Notes: generated from the sequence alone by a model not told the origin. DNA of 64,000 bases from an uncultured Verrucomicrobiae bacterium (GCA_963764165.1 CAVXRD010000002.1:2720001-2784000), one strand, 5' to 3'. Counted from the stretch's first letter, positions 9,328 through 19,638 are shown. Made by a program: numbers and translations.

Positions 9328-10110
9328 TTAATTCTGCGGGTGGAAGAGGCTTTTTACCTTTTGCGTGGCGGACTTTACGGCGGTTTTGCCTTCTGCCACC
9401 GCGTCTTTGCCGAGTTGCTTGGCATTGTTGGCGACGGCGAGGGCGGATTCGCTCAGAAGCGCGTGGATCATTCGCTGGCCGACTTCAACCGGCGATATTC
9501 CCTGCCCGCCGCTGCCGAGATCTGTCAAATGAATATCTGGCAGCGCGAGCGCGAGCGTGCGGTCGCCGGAGAGGGTGGAGCGGTATTGCAGCTTGGCGCC
9601 GGTAATGACGAGGTCGTCGACTTCCAATCGCTTTTCGGGCGCTTTCTTTTTTGGGGCGGCGGGGCTGCCGGGCGGCGCCGCGGAATTGGGGGCGGTCGAG
9701 GAGCTGCCGATGTATTCGTTCAAATTGTTTTCAATCTTGCGGAGATTGTTGTCCGTCAACCCGCCCTCAAGCGTGATCACGGGCGATTTCACCTTGATGC
9801 TCTCGATTACCATCTTGTCGGAGAAAAATGTGCCGGGCTTGAACTTCACCGTGACATCGCCGACGTCCATAGCCGAAGGCGTTTTGCAGCCCGGCGGATT
9901 GCCCAGCTCAAATCCTGTCAACTGAATGCGCCAGGCCATGAGCCAGACTTGCGCGCTCTTTAATTTGACGTCGGTCTTGGTCGCGGACGGCCCGATTTTC
10001 TCCACGCCGCGCTTGATGATCGTGCCGAGCGACAAGGCGGCCGCCAGGAAGGCAATCAAAAACACGAGGAGGAATCCGGCCAGCGATCTAACAATCCATT
10101 TTCGCTTCAT
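9328..10110 (-). CDS. AsmA-like membrane-anchored protein
   Basis: N-terminal TM anchor, LGNPPG and LPDIHLTDLG motifs. Confidence 0.7.
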   Translation of the reverse strand: MKRKWIVRSLAGFLLVFLIAFLAAALSLGTIIKRGVEKIGPSATKTDVKLKSAQVWLMAWRIQLTGFELGNPPGCKTPSAMDVGDVTVKFKPGTFFSDKMVIESIKVKSPVITLEGGLTDNNLRKIENNLNEYIGSSSTAPNSAAPPGSPAAPKKKAPEKRLEVDDLVITGAKLQYRSTLSGDRTLALALPDIHLTDLGSGGQGISPVEVGQRMIHALLSESALAVANNAKQLGKDAVAEGKTAVKSATQKVKSLFHPQN

Positions 10111-10714
10111 GATTTTTCCCTGTTTGAGCTTCCTGAAGGAGGTTTTCGTAATCCGCAGCCGTGTCAATGTCCGTAGCCGCCCCCGGAAATTCCAGCGCAT
10201 GGACGAATTCGCGGTGGCGCTCGATGATCCGCTTGGCGCCTTGCGATGCCGAGAGCGCCGCCAGTTCCGCGTGATATCTCTTGTCGAACCCGGCCGGAAC
10301 TCCGAGCGTTCCAGCATAAGCCGCGGCGGCAATTCCGCCGCGTTCCTCGCAGGCGCGCGCTAATTCCCGAAGAAAATCCGATGTGACGAATGGCTGGTCG
10401 CTTAACATCAGCAAAATTGTGTCTGGCGGATTCGTTGAGGACATCAGGCGTTGCGCGCCTGCCCTAATTGACGTGCCGATGCCCGCTCCCCAATCCACAT
10501 TGCGAACAATCGTGATCGGCAATCCCGCCAGTTCCCGCTCGATCCGCTGTCCATGCGCGCCGAGGACCACCGAAACCGGGCCGCACTGAGATTCCAAAGC
10601 GGTGCGAACGGCCCGCAGAATCAAGCTCGCGCCTTGAAACTCAAGCAGTTGCTTGGGCCGGCCGAGCCGCGAGGAAACGCCGGCCGCCAGGATGATTATG
10701 CCGGCAGAGCGCAT
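10088..10714 (-). CDS. mocA: Molybdenum cofactor cytidylyltransferase
   Basis: ILAAGVSSRLGRPKQLL, DQPFV, DIDT; lies in the xdh-type operon. Confidence 0.85.
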   Translation of the reverse strand: MRSAGIIILAAGVSSRLGRPKQLLEFQGASLILRAVRTALESQCGPVSVVLGAHGQRIERELAGLPITIVRNVDWGAGIGTSIRAGAQRLMSSTNPPDTILLMLSDQPFVTSDFLRELARACEERGGIAAAAYAGTLGVPAGFDKRYHAELAALSASQGAKRIIERHREFVHALEFPGAATDIDTAADYENLLQEAQTGKNHEAKMDC

Positions 10715-11898
10715 GAGCGTGCTTCACTTGTGAGGCCGCGAATAAAGGAATGGAAACTGGAATCGCCCAAGGCCGCCCTGATCGCGCCCTTTTTTTGCCG
10801 GAGCTTCCCGCCGTCGCGGCCGGTGGACACCGCTTGAACTTCCGCCAGGATCGCCAGCGCAATCTGTTCCGGCGTTTCGGCGCCGATATCGAGGCCGATG
10901 GGATTATGCAGCGAAGGCAAATGCTCTTCGCGCAATTCAAATCCATCCTGTCTCAGCTCGGCGAGCATTCTCTCCGCGCGCTTCCGCGGCCCCATCAATC
11001 CAAGATACGGCAGGCGCAGGGGCAGAAGCATTTTGAGCCAGCCTTGATCGATCATGTAATTGTGCGTCATGATCACCGCCGCCGTCCGATAGTCAAATAT
11101 CGGAACAATCTCTTCTTCGCCGGGCCGTGCCACTATTACATTTTGCGCGAGCGGAAAACGCGCGGACGTTACGTAGTCAGGGCGCGCGTCGATGACTGTC
11201 ACACGAATTCCCAGTTCGTGCGCCAGGCGCGCGAGCGGCATCGCATCATGGCCGGCGCCAAGAATGATCAGATTGCGCTGGGGGCGAAATGTCTCGGCGA
11301 AGACACGGACCTTGCCACCGGGAAATTCGAGATCCCCGATTCCGCTGGGCTCGGTCGCCAAGGCAGATTCCGCGACAGCCGCCAACAAATCCGCAAATGG
11401 GCCGTCATTTAAATTTGTTGCGCGCCGTCCCGATTCATCAACGGCAACCCGGTCACCGAGTGTCAAACACACATCCCCCGAGGTTCCAACAACTGTGGCC
11501 GCAGCTCCGGTGTTGCGGCGTTGAAGCGCGCCTTCCAGAAAATCTAAAAAATGGCCGTCGTCTTGTTCGCCGCCGATCCGCGGCGGAAGGCACTCCAGCA
11601 GCAGTTCAACAATTCCATTGCACCCGACGCCCGAGCCAAACACAAGATCGCGATCCGATGACGTGTCGTAGGTCATCAGCGCCGCCTTTCCGTCGCGCAT
11701 CACCCTCATGGCGCGATCCACCACGTCCTGATCGAGGCAGCCGCCGCTGATGCAGCCGACGGTGCGGCCATCAGGCAGCACGAGCATGCGCGCCCCGGCG
11801 TGCCGATAACTGGAACCCGACGTCTGCACGATCGTGGCCAGCGCCATCGGCGACTGGCAATCCTTTGATGCGGCGAGGATGTCCAGCAGTTCTTTCAT
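10696..11898 (-). CDS. xdhC: XdhC/CoxI family molybdenum cofactor chaperone
   Basis: GSSYR, ISGGCL, GVGCNG, PIGLDIGAETPEQIAL. Confidence 0.92.
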   Translation of the reverse strand: MKELLDILAASKDCQSPMALATIVQTSGSSYRHAGARMLVLPDGRTVGCISGGCLDQDVVDRAMRVMRDGKAALMTYDTSSDRDLVFGSGVGCNGIVELLLECLPPRIGGEQDDGHFLDFLEGALQRRNTGAAATVVGTSGDVCLTLGDRVAVDESGRRATNLNDGPFADLLAAVAESALATEPSGIGDLEFPGGKVRVFAETFRPQRNLIILGAGHDAMPLARLAHELGIRVTVIDARPDYVTSARFPLAQNVIVARPGEEEIVPIFDYRTAAVIMTHNYMIDQGWLKMLLPLRLPYLGLMGPRKRAERMLAELRQDGFELREEHLPSLHNPIGLDIGAETPEQIALAILAEVQAVSTGRDGGKLRQKKGAIRAALGDSSFHSFIRGLTSEARSCALPA

Positions 11899-14177
11899 AT
11901 CAATTTGTCGGGCGTGATGGGCAGTTCGCGAATGCGTTTCCCACTGGCGTGATAGATGGCGTTGCCAATGGCCGCCGCGATTCCCGTAATGCCAATCTCC
12001 CCAATGCCGCGCGCGCCCATGGTCGAAATATGCGGATCGGGCTTGTCGATGAATTGAACATCGATTTCCGGAATATCGGCATGAACCGGCACCAGGTAAT
12101 TGGCCAAATCGCGAGTGACAATGCGTCCGCGATTTGGGTCGTAAACCGTTTCCTCCATCAAGGCCATTCCCAAACCGAAAATCATGCCGCCCATGATCTG
12201 GTTCTTGGCCGTCTTCAAATTCAAAACTTTTCCGATGTCCATGACCGCCGCGCAATGCGTCACGCGCGCGGTTCCGAGCAGCGGGTCAAACAAGACGCGG
12301 ACAAATTGCGCTCCAAACGAATGGAAGTTGTAAGGCGAAGAATCGAAGTCGAGGTCGATATTTTCGCGTCCGGGGCTTTTTGGCTTCTCCTCTTTTTTTC
12401 CGGTTTCGCGGGTCGTCCCTTTGGTGGAAGCTTCGCCTTCAACGTATTCAATTTTCCCGCGGCCAAGGATTTCGGCCACCGCCGCACCCTTGGACTCGTC
12501 GTCTTTCACCGACCAGCGGCCATTCCGAAACACCAGATTTTCCGGAGGAATCCCCGCGAGCGGAGATTGCTTATTTGACACCGCCAGTTGCAATAGTTTT
12601 TCCCGCGCGGCAAGGGCCGCCTCCTTTACCGCCGGCCCCACGCTGGCTGCGGTTTGCGAACCGCCCGAGACAGGGCCTTTCGGCAACGCGGAATCGCCGA
12701 TCTTCACTGTCACGCGTTCGACGGGAAGCCCGAGCGCCTCGGCGGCAATTTGCGCCAGTATCGTGTAAGTGCCCGTGCCGATGTCCTGCGTGCAACTCAT
12801 GGCTTCGGCGTGGCCGTCCGCGAAAATGCGGACTTTCGCCGAGGCGGGCACGCGGTTGGCGGGATAAATGGCCGTTGCCATTCCGTAGCCAACGAACATC
12901 TCACCCTCGCGCATCGAGCGTGGTTCGGGCGGGCGCTTGCTCCAACCGATGGCTTCCGCGCCGCGCCGATAGCACTCGCGCAAATTCTTCGAGGACCACG
13001 GCTTCCCTTTTTGCGGGTCTTTCTCGGCGTAATTAATCAACCTCAGTTCGATCGGGTCGATCTTGAGTTGATAGGACAATTCATCAAGAGCGGTCTCGAG
13101 GGCAAATGTCCCCGTGGCCTCTCCGGGCGCGCGCATGGGGCCGGGCGTGCCGCGATTGACGCGTGTCAATTTGTGGGAAACGCGGAGATGGGGGCATTCG
13201 TAAAGCAATTGTGTGGCAAGGCCGGATGTTTCCACGAACTCGTCCACAAACGAAGTTTCCGTAAGCACCTGATGATCGATGGCCAGAAGTTTTCCGGCTG
13301 GCTCCGCCCCGAAGGCGACGGTTTGAACCGTGCGCGCGCGGCGTCCGTTGCAGGTGAACATTTGCCGGCGGTCCAAAACTAGTTTGACAGGCCGCCCAAG
13401 TTCGCGCGCGGCCATCGGGGCCAGAAATGAGTGCGCCCAGGTGAAGCCCTTGCAGCCGAATCCCCCGCCGACAAACAATGAAATCAATCGGACTTGCTCC
13501 GGCAAAATTCCGAACACCGCGGCAATGGCATCGCGACTTCCAATCACAGCTTGCGTGGAATCATAAATGGTCAATTTATCGCCCACCCAGGACGCAATGG
13601 TCGCGTGGGGTTCCATCGGATTGTGATGATAGACGGGCGTGGAATACGCTTGCTCAAATTGCGCGGGGGCCGATTTCATCGCCGCCTCGACGTCGCCGCG
13701 CGTGATTTGCAGCGGGCGGCCCATCGATTTCTGCGGCTCGTAGGCCTTGGTGGTGCGCCCGTCGAAATCCGTCACGCTGGGTTCCGCTGTGTACTCCACC
13801 TCGATCAGCGCCGCCGCGTGCTCGGCCTGCTCGAATGATTCGGCCACAACCATCGCGATGTGCTGCCCGTCGTAGAAAATTCGCCCGCTCTGCAGCGGCA
13901 GAAGCTCCTTCTCGCCAAGCTTGATGGGAGAATCGGCCGACTCGGGGGGCGATTTTAATTTCGGAGCGTTCTGCCATGTGTAAATTGCCAAAACGCCTCC
14001 GGCCGCCTGGGCTTTGCTGGTGTCGATTTTTTGAATCGTGCCGGAGCAAATCGTGCTTTGAATCGTGACGGCATAGGATAGGTTCTTGACCGGAAATTCC
14101 GCCGCGTAAAGCGCCCCTCCCGTTGTTTTAAGACGGCCGTCAATGCGATCCACCGGCTCTCCAATTAAGGTGCTCAT
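11895..14177 (-). CDS. paoC: Aldehyde oxidoreductase molybdopterin-binding subunit (YagR/PaoC)
   Basis: HNPMEPHAT, VGGGFGCKG, MRAPGE, GARGIGEIG. Confidence 0.92.
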   Translation of the reverse strand: MSTLIGEPVDRIDGRLKTTGGALYAAEFPVKNLSYAVTIQSTICSGTIQKIDTSKAQAAGGVLAIYTWQNAPKLKSPPESADSPIKLGEKELLPLQSGRIFYDGQHIAMVVAESFEQAEHAAALIEVEYTAEPSVTDFDGRTTKAYEPQKSMGRPLQITRGDVEAAMKSAPAQFEQAYSTPVYHHNPMEPHATIASWVGDKLTIYDSTQAVIGSRDAIAAVFGILPEQVRLISLFVGGGFGCKGFTWAHSFLAPMAARELGRPVKLVLDRRQMFTCNGRRARTVQTVAFGAEPAGKLLAIDHQVLTETSFVDEFVETSGLATQLLYECPHLRVSHKLTRVNRGTPGPMRAPGEATGTFALETALDELSYQLKIDPIELRLINYAEKDPQKGKPWSSKNLRECYRRGAEAIGWSKRPPEPRSMREGEMFVGYGMATAIYPANRVPASAKVRIFADGHAEAMSCTQDIGTGTYTILAQIAAEALGLPVERVTVKIGDSALPKGPVSGGSQTAASVGPAVKEAALAAREKLLQLAVSNKQSPLAGIPPENLVFRNGRWSVKDDESKGAAVAEILGRGKIEYVEGEASTKGTTRETGKKEEKPKSPGRENIDLDFDSSPYNFHSFGAQFVRVLFDPLLGTARVTHCAAVMDIGKVLNLKTAKNQIMGGMIFGLGMALMEETVYDPNRGRIVTRDLANYLVPVHADIPEIDVQFIDKPDPHISTMGARGIGEIGITGIAAAIGNAIYHASGKRIRELPITPDKLI

Positions 14178-15160
14178 GCCGCGTCTCCCGCCACGTGTGC
14201 CAGCGCGCGAACCAACGTTCGCTTGGCCAGTTCAATTTTGAAGCCGTTATGTGTTTGAGCTTTCGCAAATTTCACCGCTGCGTCTGCCGCCAAGTGAAAT
14301 GCCGCGTCATTAGGAGCCTTCCCTGCCAGAGCGTCTTCCGCGTCAAGCGAACGCCACGGCTTGGCGCCGACGCCGCCGAGCGCGATGCGCGCTGATTGAA
14401 TCTTGCCATCGCGGATATCCAAGGCCACAGCCGCCGAGGCGAGCGCAAATTCGTAAGACGCGCGGTCGCGGACTTTCAGATAATGCGAGCGCCGCGCAAA
14501 TTCCAGTGGCGGCAATGTCACGCCGAGGATGAGTTCGCCGGGCTGGAGTTCGGTTTCGATTTCCGGCGTATCTCCCGGGAGCTTATGAAATTCATGAAAG
14601 CGGATATCGCGCTTTTTGTCCGGCCCCGCGACGTGGATAGCTGCGTCCAGCGCCGCCATCGCCACGCACATGTCGGACGGATGAGTGGCAATGCACTTCT
14701 CGCTCGTGCCGAGCACCGCGTGGCCACGGTTAAAACCAGCGATGGCCGAACAACCCGAACCTGGCTTTCGCTTGTTGCAGGCGAAAGCAACGTCGTAAAA
14801 ATAAGGGCATCTCGTGCGCTGCATGAGGTTGCCGCCGAGGGTGGCCATATTGCGCAATTGAGGCGAAGCTCCGGACAGCAGCGCTTCCGACAAGACCGGG
14901 TAGCGTTTGGCAATTTCGGAATGGCAAGCCAGATCACTATTGCGCACCAGCGCGCCCACAAAAACGGAACCGTCCGCTTGAGTCTCGATGCCGCGCAGGC
15001 GGAGGGCGTTGATGTCAATGATACGGCTCGGCGCTTCCACCCCGAACTTCATCAGATCCAGCAAATTCGTTCCGCCGGCTATTAAGCGTGAAGAGCCGAC
15101 GGCAACCGCCTCGAAGGCGGCCTGTTCGTTTTGCGCCTGGATGAAGTCAAACGGACGCAT
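14174..15160 (-). CDS. paoB: Aldehyde oxidoreductase FAD subunit (YagS/PaoB)
   Basis: [27 protein letters not shown], 4Fe-4S Cys insert, [12 protein letters not shown]. Confidence 0.93.
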   Translation of the reverse strand: MRPFDFIQAQNEQAAFEAVAVGSSRLIAGGTNLLDLMKFGVEAPSRIIDINALRLRGIETQADGSVFVGALVRNSDLACHSEIAKRYPVLSEALLSGASPQLRNMATLGGNLMQRTRCPYFYDVAFACNKRKPGSGCSAIAGFNRGHAVLGTSEKCIATHPSDMCVAMAALDAAIHVAGPDKKRDIRFHEFHKLPGDTPEIETELQPGELILGVTLPPLEFARRSHYLKVRDRASYEFALASAAVALDIRDGKIQSARIALGGVGAKPWRSLDAEDALAGKAPNDAAFHLAADAAVKFAKAQTHNGFKIELAKRTLVRALAHVAGDAA

Positions 15161-15791
15161 GCGGATGAGAATCTGAACCGCCCTGGACTTCGCGAATGGC
15201 AGCGCGAATATTTTGATACGCGCCGCAGCGGCAGATATTCCCGCTCATCAGTTCCTTGATGTCCGCGTCCGAATGCGCCTTGCCCTCGCGCAGCAGCCCC
15301 ACCGCCGAACAAATTTGTCCCGGCGTGCAGTAGCCGCATTGGAACGCGTCATGTTTGATGAACGCCGCCTGCATCGGATGCAACTCTTCGCCCTTGGCCA
15401 GCCCCTCGACAGTCGTGACGGATGCGTGATGGCACATCGCCGCCAGGCGAAGGCAGGAGTTAATGCGCACGCCGTCCACCAGGACGGTGCAGGCGCCGCA
15501 TTGTCCGTGATCGCAGCCTTTCTTCGTGCCCGTCAAATGAAGATGCTCGCGCAAGGCGTCCAGCAGCGTCACCCGCGGATCAAGCGTGAGCTGCCGAGGA
15601 GCGCCGTTGACGGTGAGCGCGACTTGCATTTGGCGAGATCCCGCTTCGGCGCCCTGCGCGGCGGCATCGAACGCCATTCCATGGACGCCAAGCGCCACCA
15701 AGGTTCCGCCAATGGCGGTGTGGCCAATAAATTCCCGGCGGGTTAGTCCGCCGGGAGAGGATTGTTCGGGTGCTGGCTCGTCCGAATTCAT
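15147..15791 (-). CDS. paoA: Aldehyde oxidoreductase 2Fe-2S subunit with Tat signal (YagT/PaoA)
   Basis: [26 protein letters not shown]. Confidence 0.93.
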   Translation of the reverse strand: MNSDEPAPEQSSPGGLTRREFIGHTAIGGTLVALGVHGMAFDAAAQGAEAGSRQMQVALTVNGAPRQLTLDPRVTLLDALREHLHLTGTKKGCDHGQCGACTVLVDGVRINSCLRLAAMCHHASVTTVEGLAKGEELHPMQAAFIKHDAFQCGYCTPGQICSAVGLLREGKAHSDADIKELMSGNICRCGAYQNIRAAIREVQGGSDSHPHASV

Positions 15792-15803
15792 TTTGAATCG
15801 GGC

Positions 15804-16241
15804 TTAGTGGGCGTATTTGCCCATGAGCGTGGCGTGCGCGACGACGTGGTCTTTCATCGCGGCCTCCACTTCCGTTCGTTTGACACCATGGGGCAGGGAG
15901 AGCGAAGAATCCAAGGCGAAGGCCTTGAAGAAATATCGGTGCTCGCCAGACGGCGGCTTCGGCCCGCCATATTCCGTGCTCCCAAAATCGTTGGTGCCGG
16001 GAACGGCGTTGGCGGGAACGTGCCGTTCGTCGATGTCGCGCGTGCAGGTGTCCATGTTGAACAGCACCCAGTGGGTGAAGGTTCCCTTCGGCGCATCAGG
16101 ATCGTCCACGATAAGAACAAGGCTGCGGGCTTCCGGCGGAACTTCGTTGATGTGAATCGGTGGAATCAGGTTATCCCCATACATTGTGTATTGGTCCGGA
16201 ATTTTTCCCCCATCTGTGAAAGCTTCACTCGTCAAGATCAT
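15804..16241 (-). CDS. YbhB/YbcL family (PEBP-like) protein
   Basis: DDPDAP, FTHWV, YGGPKPPSGEHRYFF. Confidence 0.92.
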   Translation of the reverse strand: MILTSEAFTDGGKIPDQYTMYGDNLIPPIHINEVPPEARSLVLIVDDPDAPKGTFTHWVLFNMDTCTRDIDERHVPANAVPGTNDFGSTEYGGPKPPSGEHRYFFKAFALDSSLSLPHGVKRTEVEAAMKDHVVAHATLMGKYAH

Positions 16242-16256
16242 AATAATATAAACTAT

Positions 16257-16272
16257 AGCAAAGGAAGTGCCC
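16257..16272 (-). promoter_or_regulatory. sigma54-type -24/-12 promoter (ybhB-pao operon)
   Basis: GGGCacttccttTGCT, 15 nt before the ATG. Confidence 0.6.
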
Positions 16273-16382
16273 GCGCTGCTGCCCGGGAGGCGGCGGACGA
16301 ACTCAGAGCAAAATGCAATCATTTCATAAAACGCAGAGTGATTTGCAATTTGCGCCGCGTCCCGATGCCTCCGCGAAAAGCA

Positions 16383-16964
16383 TCAAGCGGCAGCCGGCTT
16401 GTGAATTCCTTCGGCCACTTCCTCGATGAGTTTCTGATTGAATGCAGGCAGGTCGCCGGGCTTTCGGCTCGTCACCAAACCGCAATCCACCACCACCTCT
16501 TTGTCCTCCCAATGCGCGCCGGCATTTTTCAGATCGGACTGGATGGATTCGTAGGATGTCACTGTTCTGCCGCGCACCACGCCAGCGTCGATGAGCGTCC
16601 ACGGCCCGTGGCATATCGCGCCCACGGGTTTGCCGTCTTTGAAAAAGGATCGGACAAAATCAAGGGCTTTCGGATTGCGCCGCAAATGATCGGGGTTCAT
16701 GACACCGCCGGGAAGAAGCAAGGCGTCGTATTTTTCGGGATTCGCCGTTTCGAGGGGGACATCGACCTTCACTTCCTGGCCCCAGTCGGCCATTTTCCAC
16801 GCTTTCACTTTATCTTTGGAGGGAGATATCACGTCGGTTTGGGCGCCCGCCTTTTGGAGGGCTTGCCGCGGCGAAATCAGTTCCTCTTCTTCAAAACCGT
16901 TGTCAACCAGAATGGCTACTTTCTTGCCGTTCAATGTGGATGCTGTTTCTCTTTTTGTATTCAT
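16383..16964 (-). CDS. pfpI: PfpI/DJ-1 family protein
   Basis: GFEEEEL, LPGGVMNPD, AICHGPW. Confidence 0.93.
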   Translation of the reverse strand: MNTKRETASTLNGKKVAILVDNGFEEEELISPRQALQKAGAQTDVISPSKDKVKAWKMADWGQEVKVDVPLETANPEKYDALLLPGGVMNPDHLRRNPKALDFVRSFFKDGKPVGAICHGPWTLIDAGVVRGRTVTSYESIQSDLKNAGAHWEDKEVVVDCGLVTSRKPGDLPAFNQKLIEEVAEGIHKPAAA

Positions 16965-16980
16965 CGCAAGAAAGGTGTCT

Positions 16981-16996
16981 AGCTTTAGCCGTGCCA
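16981..16996 (-). promoter_or_regulatory. sigma54-type promoter (pfpI)
   Basis: TGGCacggctaaAGCT, 16 nt before the ATG. Confidence 0.62.
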
Positions 16997-17079
16997 GAAA
17001 TGCCCGCCGAGGATTCCGCATTTCTCGCAGGGCCGTCTCAGCACGGCGCCCGTTGCGCTTTTAAGGGGCAGCGAGTCTA

Positions 17080-17106
17080 GCGAAGCGGGTCGGCGGGCCG
17101 TACGTT
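17080..17106 (+). promoter_or_regulatory. Putative ECF-type promoter; motif shared with 53545-53571
   Basis: GCGA-N19-CGTT with identical 15-mer ggcgggccgtacgtt. Confidence 0.45.
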
Positions 17107-17111
17107 GAGGT

Positions 17112-17894
17112 ATGAAATTTCAATTTAAACAGAGCGTTTCGGTGGCAGGCGCGGCCTTGGCTGCGATGGGCGCGACTGCCGGTCCCACCCGAGTAGCCGC
17201 AGCCCCGGCCGCCAACTCCGGCGCTTCCACCACGGTGACAACTCCGGCGGTCGCAACAGCCGCGGCGAGTGCGGCGACCCAGACTCAAACTCCAGCGGCA
17301 ACGGTCGTTCCCACCACGGTTGTGGCGGGGCAGCCCGTGGCTTCCACAGCTGGTTCCGGGATAGCGGTCGTGACGGGCACCACAGGCACATCTTATAATT
17401 ACATTCCACCGGCAGGCGGAACGCTTACGCCTGGCACGGTGCCGGGCGGACAACTTTCGCCAGCGACCGCCACGGGCGCAAACCAGTTGAACACCGGAAC
17501 GATCGGGGGCGCAATGCTGCCGGGTGTGTCGCCGGCGGGCGGAATTCCGATGCTGCCTGCCATAGGAACCGCAGGCAGCGGCACGGCCACTGCGAGGACG
17601 GCCAATGGCACCTATGCTAACGGGGTGGCCACGGCCTATGCGCCGGGATCAAGCGTCATCATCACAGGCGGAACCCCCGCGACGACAGCCCCCGGCGGCA
17701 CCTTGACAACGGCGGGCACCGGCGGAAGCCGTGTGATCGTCGCAGGGGGACATGCTGCCCCGGCGGCCACTTCCAGCTCGGTTATTGTGGCTGGAGGGAC
17801 GCCCTCGACGGCGACTGTTTCCGGCGGCACGGCCACGACGGCCACAATCCCCGGCGGGTTCCTCTATAGCTCGCCCGTGATCATCAGCCAATAA
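17112..17894 (+). CDS. Secreted Ala/Thr/Gly-rich low-complexity protein
   Basis: Signal-like N-terminus; repeated SSVI(I/V)xGGTP units. Confidence 0.65.
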   Translation: MKFQFKQSVSVAGAALAAMGATAGPTRVAAAPAANSGASTTVTTPAVATAAASAATQTQTPAATVVPTTVVAGQPVASTAGSGIAVVTGTTGTSYNYIPPAGGTLTPGTVPGGQLSPATATGANQLNTGTIGGAMLPGVSPAGGIPMLPAIGTAGSGTATARTANGTYANGVATAYAPGSSVIITGGTPATTAPGGTLTTAGTGGSRVIVAGGHAAPAATSSSVIVAGGTPSTATVSGGTATTATIPGGFLYSSPVIISQ

Positions 17895-17972
17895 CTGGCG
17901 GACACTGGCGGGTCTTATCCCCATTGAGATTCATTCATCGTGACCGAAGTTTACACCGAAAAGGAGAAATCA

Positions 17973-18626
17973 ATGAAAACATGCAAATTACAGTTAGCGC
18001 GCCTTTCGCGCGCCGCAAAAATCGGAGCTCTTCTGGGCGCCATCATCTGCGCCGTTCCTGCCGTTCAAGCTCAAAACATGAACGGAAATGACAATCCTTC
18101 GGCGGCCAAGGCCAACGCCTCCATTTCCCGTCGTGGAAAGGAATTCCTGAAAGATGCGGCTCTCGCCAACCAGACCGAAATCGCCATGGGCGACGTGGCG
18201 GAAAATCGATCCCAGAACACGAAGGTGAAGGACTTTGCGCAAATGATGCGCACCGACCATCAAAAGAACTTCGAGCTGGTGCAAGGCCTGGCCCAGGCTC
18301 ATAACGTGGCCGTTGACGCTTCCCCTGACTGGATGGCTCGCCGCGAAATCGACCGGTTGAAAAAAGTCGACGCCGCGGAATTCGATAAGGATTACACAAA
18401 GCTGATGCTTAAGGACCACGTCAAAGTGATCAAACGCTTTGACAAGGCCGCCGGCGACATCGAAGAGCAGGACATCCGGACTTATGCCCAGAATACCCTG
18501 CCGACGCTGCGCGAACATCTGGCTCATTCCGAGGAAGCAGCCCGTGCGGCTGGCGTGGATGAATCCACCATCTCTTCCATTGTGAAGGATCTTCCGAGTG
18601 AAAATCGCTCTGTGACCACCAGATAG
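17973..18626 (+). CDS. DUF4142 family exported protein
   Basis: aaggag RBS, signal peptide, VKDFAQMMRTDH, FDKDY..DH, TLPTLREHL. Confidence 0.88.
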   Translation: MKTCKLQLARLSRAAKIGALLGAIICAVPAVQAQNMNGNDNPSAAKANASISRRGKEFLKDAALANQTEIAMGDVAENRSQNTKVKDFAQMMRTDHQKNFELVQGLAQAHNVAVDASPDWMARREIDRLKKVDAAEFDKDYTKLMLKDHVKVIKRFDKAAGDIEEQDIRTYAQNTLPTLREHLAHSEEAARAAGVDESTISSIVKDLPSENRSVTTR

Positions 18627-18644
18627 TACCTGGCTTGTCACTCC

Positions 18645-18676
18645 GGCAGGACAGTTGACACTGTCCTGCCTTTTTT
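18645..18676 (+). terminator. Intrinsic terminator
   Basis: ggcaggacag-ttgaca-ctgtcctgcc followed by T6. Confidence 0.75.
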
Positions 18677-19372
18677 ATGCCTATAGAGATACATTGGAGC
18701 GAGATTGCTCTCCGTCTTTGCTTAACCCTCTTGGCGGGCGGAATTATCGGACTCAATCGCGGGGAGCACGGCCACCCCGCTGGCTTGCGGACGACGCTGC
18801 TGGTGGCCCTCGCGGCGTGCGTCAGCATGATCGAGGTGAATCTTCTGCTTTCCATGCGCGGCAAAACTCCGGACTCATTCGCCGTGATGGATCTCATGCG
18901 CTTGCCGCTGGGAATTCTATCGGGCATGGGCTTCATCGGCGCGGGAGCGATCCTTCGCAAGGATTCGGCGATTCGGGGTGTGACGACGGCGGCGACGCTT
19001 TGGTTCGTAACCGTCATGGGATTGTGCTTTGGAGGCGGGCAGTTAGCGCTGGGATGCATCACGGGCGGTTTGGGTTGGCTGGTTTTGTATGCGTTCAAGC
19101 CGGTGGAACATTTGTGGAACATTGATCGGCAAGCCACGCTTGTCCTTGTCAGCGGCGTCGGCGGGCCAGACGAAAAGGAAACGGCAAGCATTGTGGCCGC
19201 AGGAGGCTACCGCGTTTCAAAACTTGCGGTGAAGCACGAGAACGGACTCAACTTGAAAGAAATCCGCTGCGATGTTAAGTGGGAGAGCCGAGAGAAAGAA
19301 GTTCTCCCTCCTGAATTCGTCAACCGCCTGGCGAACCGGCCCGGCGTTCTTAAGGTCGAATGGAATCCGTGA
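18677..19372 (+). CDS. MgtC/SapB family membrane protein
   Basis: AGLRT, GILSGMGFIGAGAI, GVTTAATLW. Confidence 0.92.
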   Translation: MPIEIHWSEIALRLCLTLLAGGIIGLNRGEHGHPAGLRTTLLVALAACVSMIEVNLLLSMRGKTPDSFAVMDLMRLPLGILSGMGFIGAGAILRKDSAIRGVTTAATLWFVTVMGLCFGGGQLALGCITGGLGWLVLYAFKPVEHLWNIDRQATLVLVSGVGGPDEKETASIVAAGGYRVSKLAVKHENGLNLKEIRCDVKWESREKEVLPPEFVNRLANRPGVLKVEWNP

Positions 19373-19382
19373 CGACACTTTG

Positions 19383-19467
19383 AAGGCAGGGACGCCTTGG
19401 CGCGGCGTCCGGGTCGCGGCGTTTTTCACGCGTAAGTCTGGACGCCTCGGCGCGGTGTCCCTACCTT
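19383..19467. repeat. GTAG-family REP doublet (degenerate copy)
   Basis: aaggcagggacgccttggcgcggcgtcc ... ggacgcctcggcgcggtgtccctacctt. Confidence 0.8.
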
Positions 19468-19562
19468 TTGACCAGCGGCAAATTGCAACAGCCGACACCC
19501 CTCCCTTTGCAACTTGCGGGAAATCCCAAGCGGTGCCTAATCCGCGCCCCGTAGCGCGGGCG

Positions 19563-19578
19563 CGGTATGTGAATTGCT
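19563..19578 (+). promoter_or_regulatory. sigma54-type promoter (yciF-like gene)
   Basis: CGGTatgtgaatTGCT, ~60 nt upstream of the ATG. Confidence 0.5.
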
Positions 19579-19638
19579 TTGCATTCTCTTCTGCCGGGGA
19601 ACACCCGGCGCTTAACGCATCAACGAGCAAGGATATTT

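Noticed and set aside
18655..18690. TTGACA as a sigma70 -35 box for mgtC
   Set aside because: No credible -10 box at 16-18 nt spacing; the hexamer is a terminator loop.
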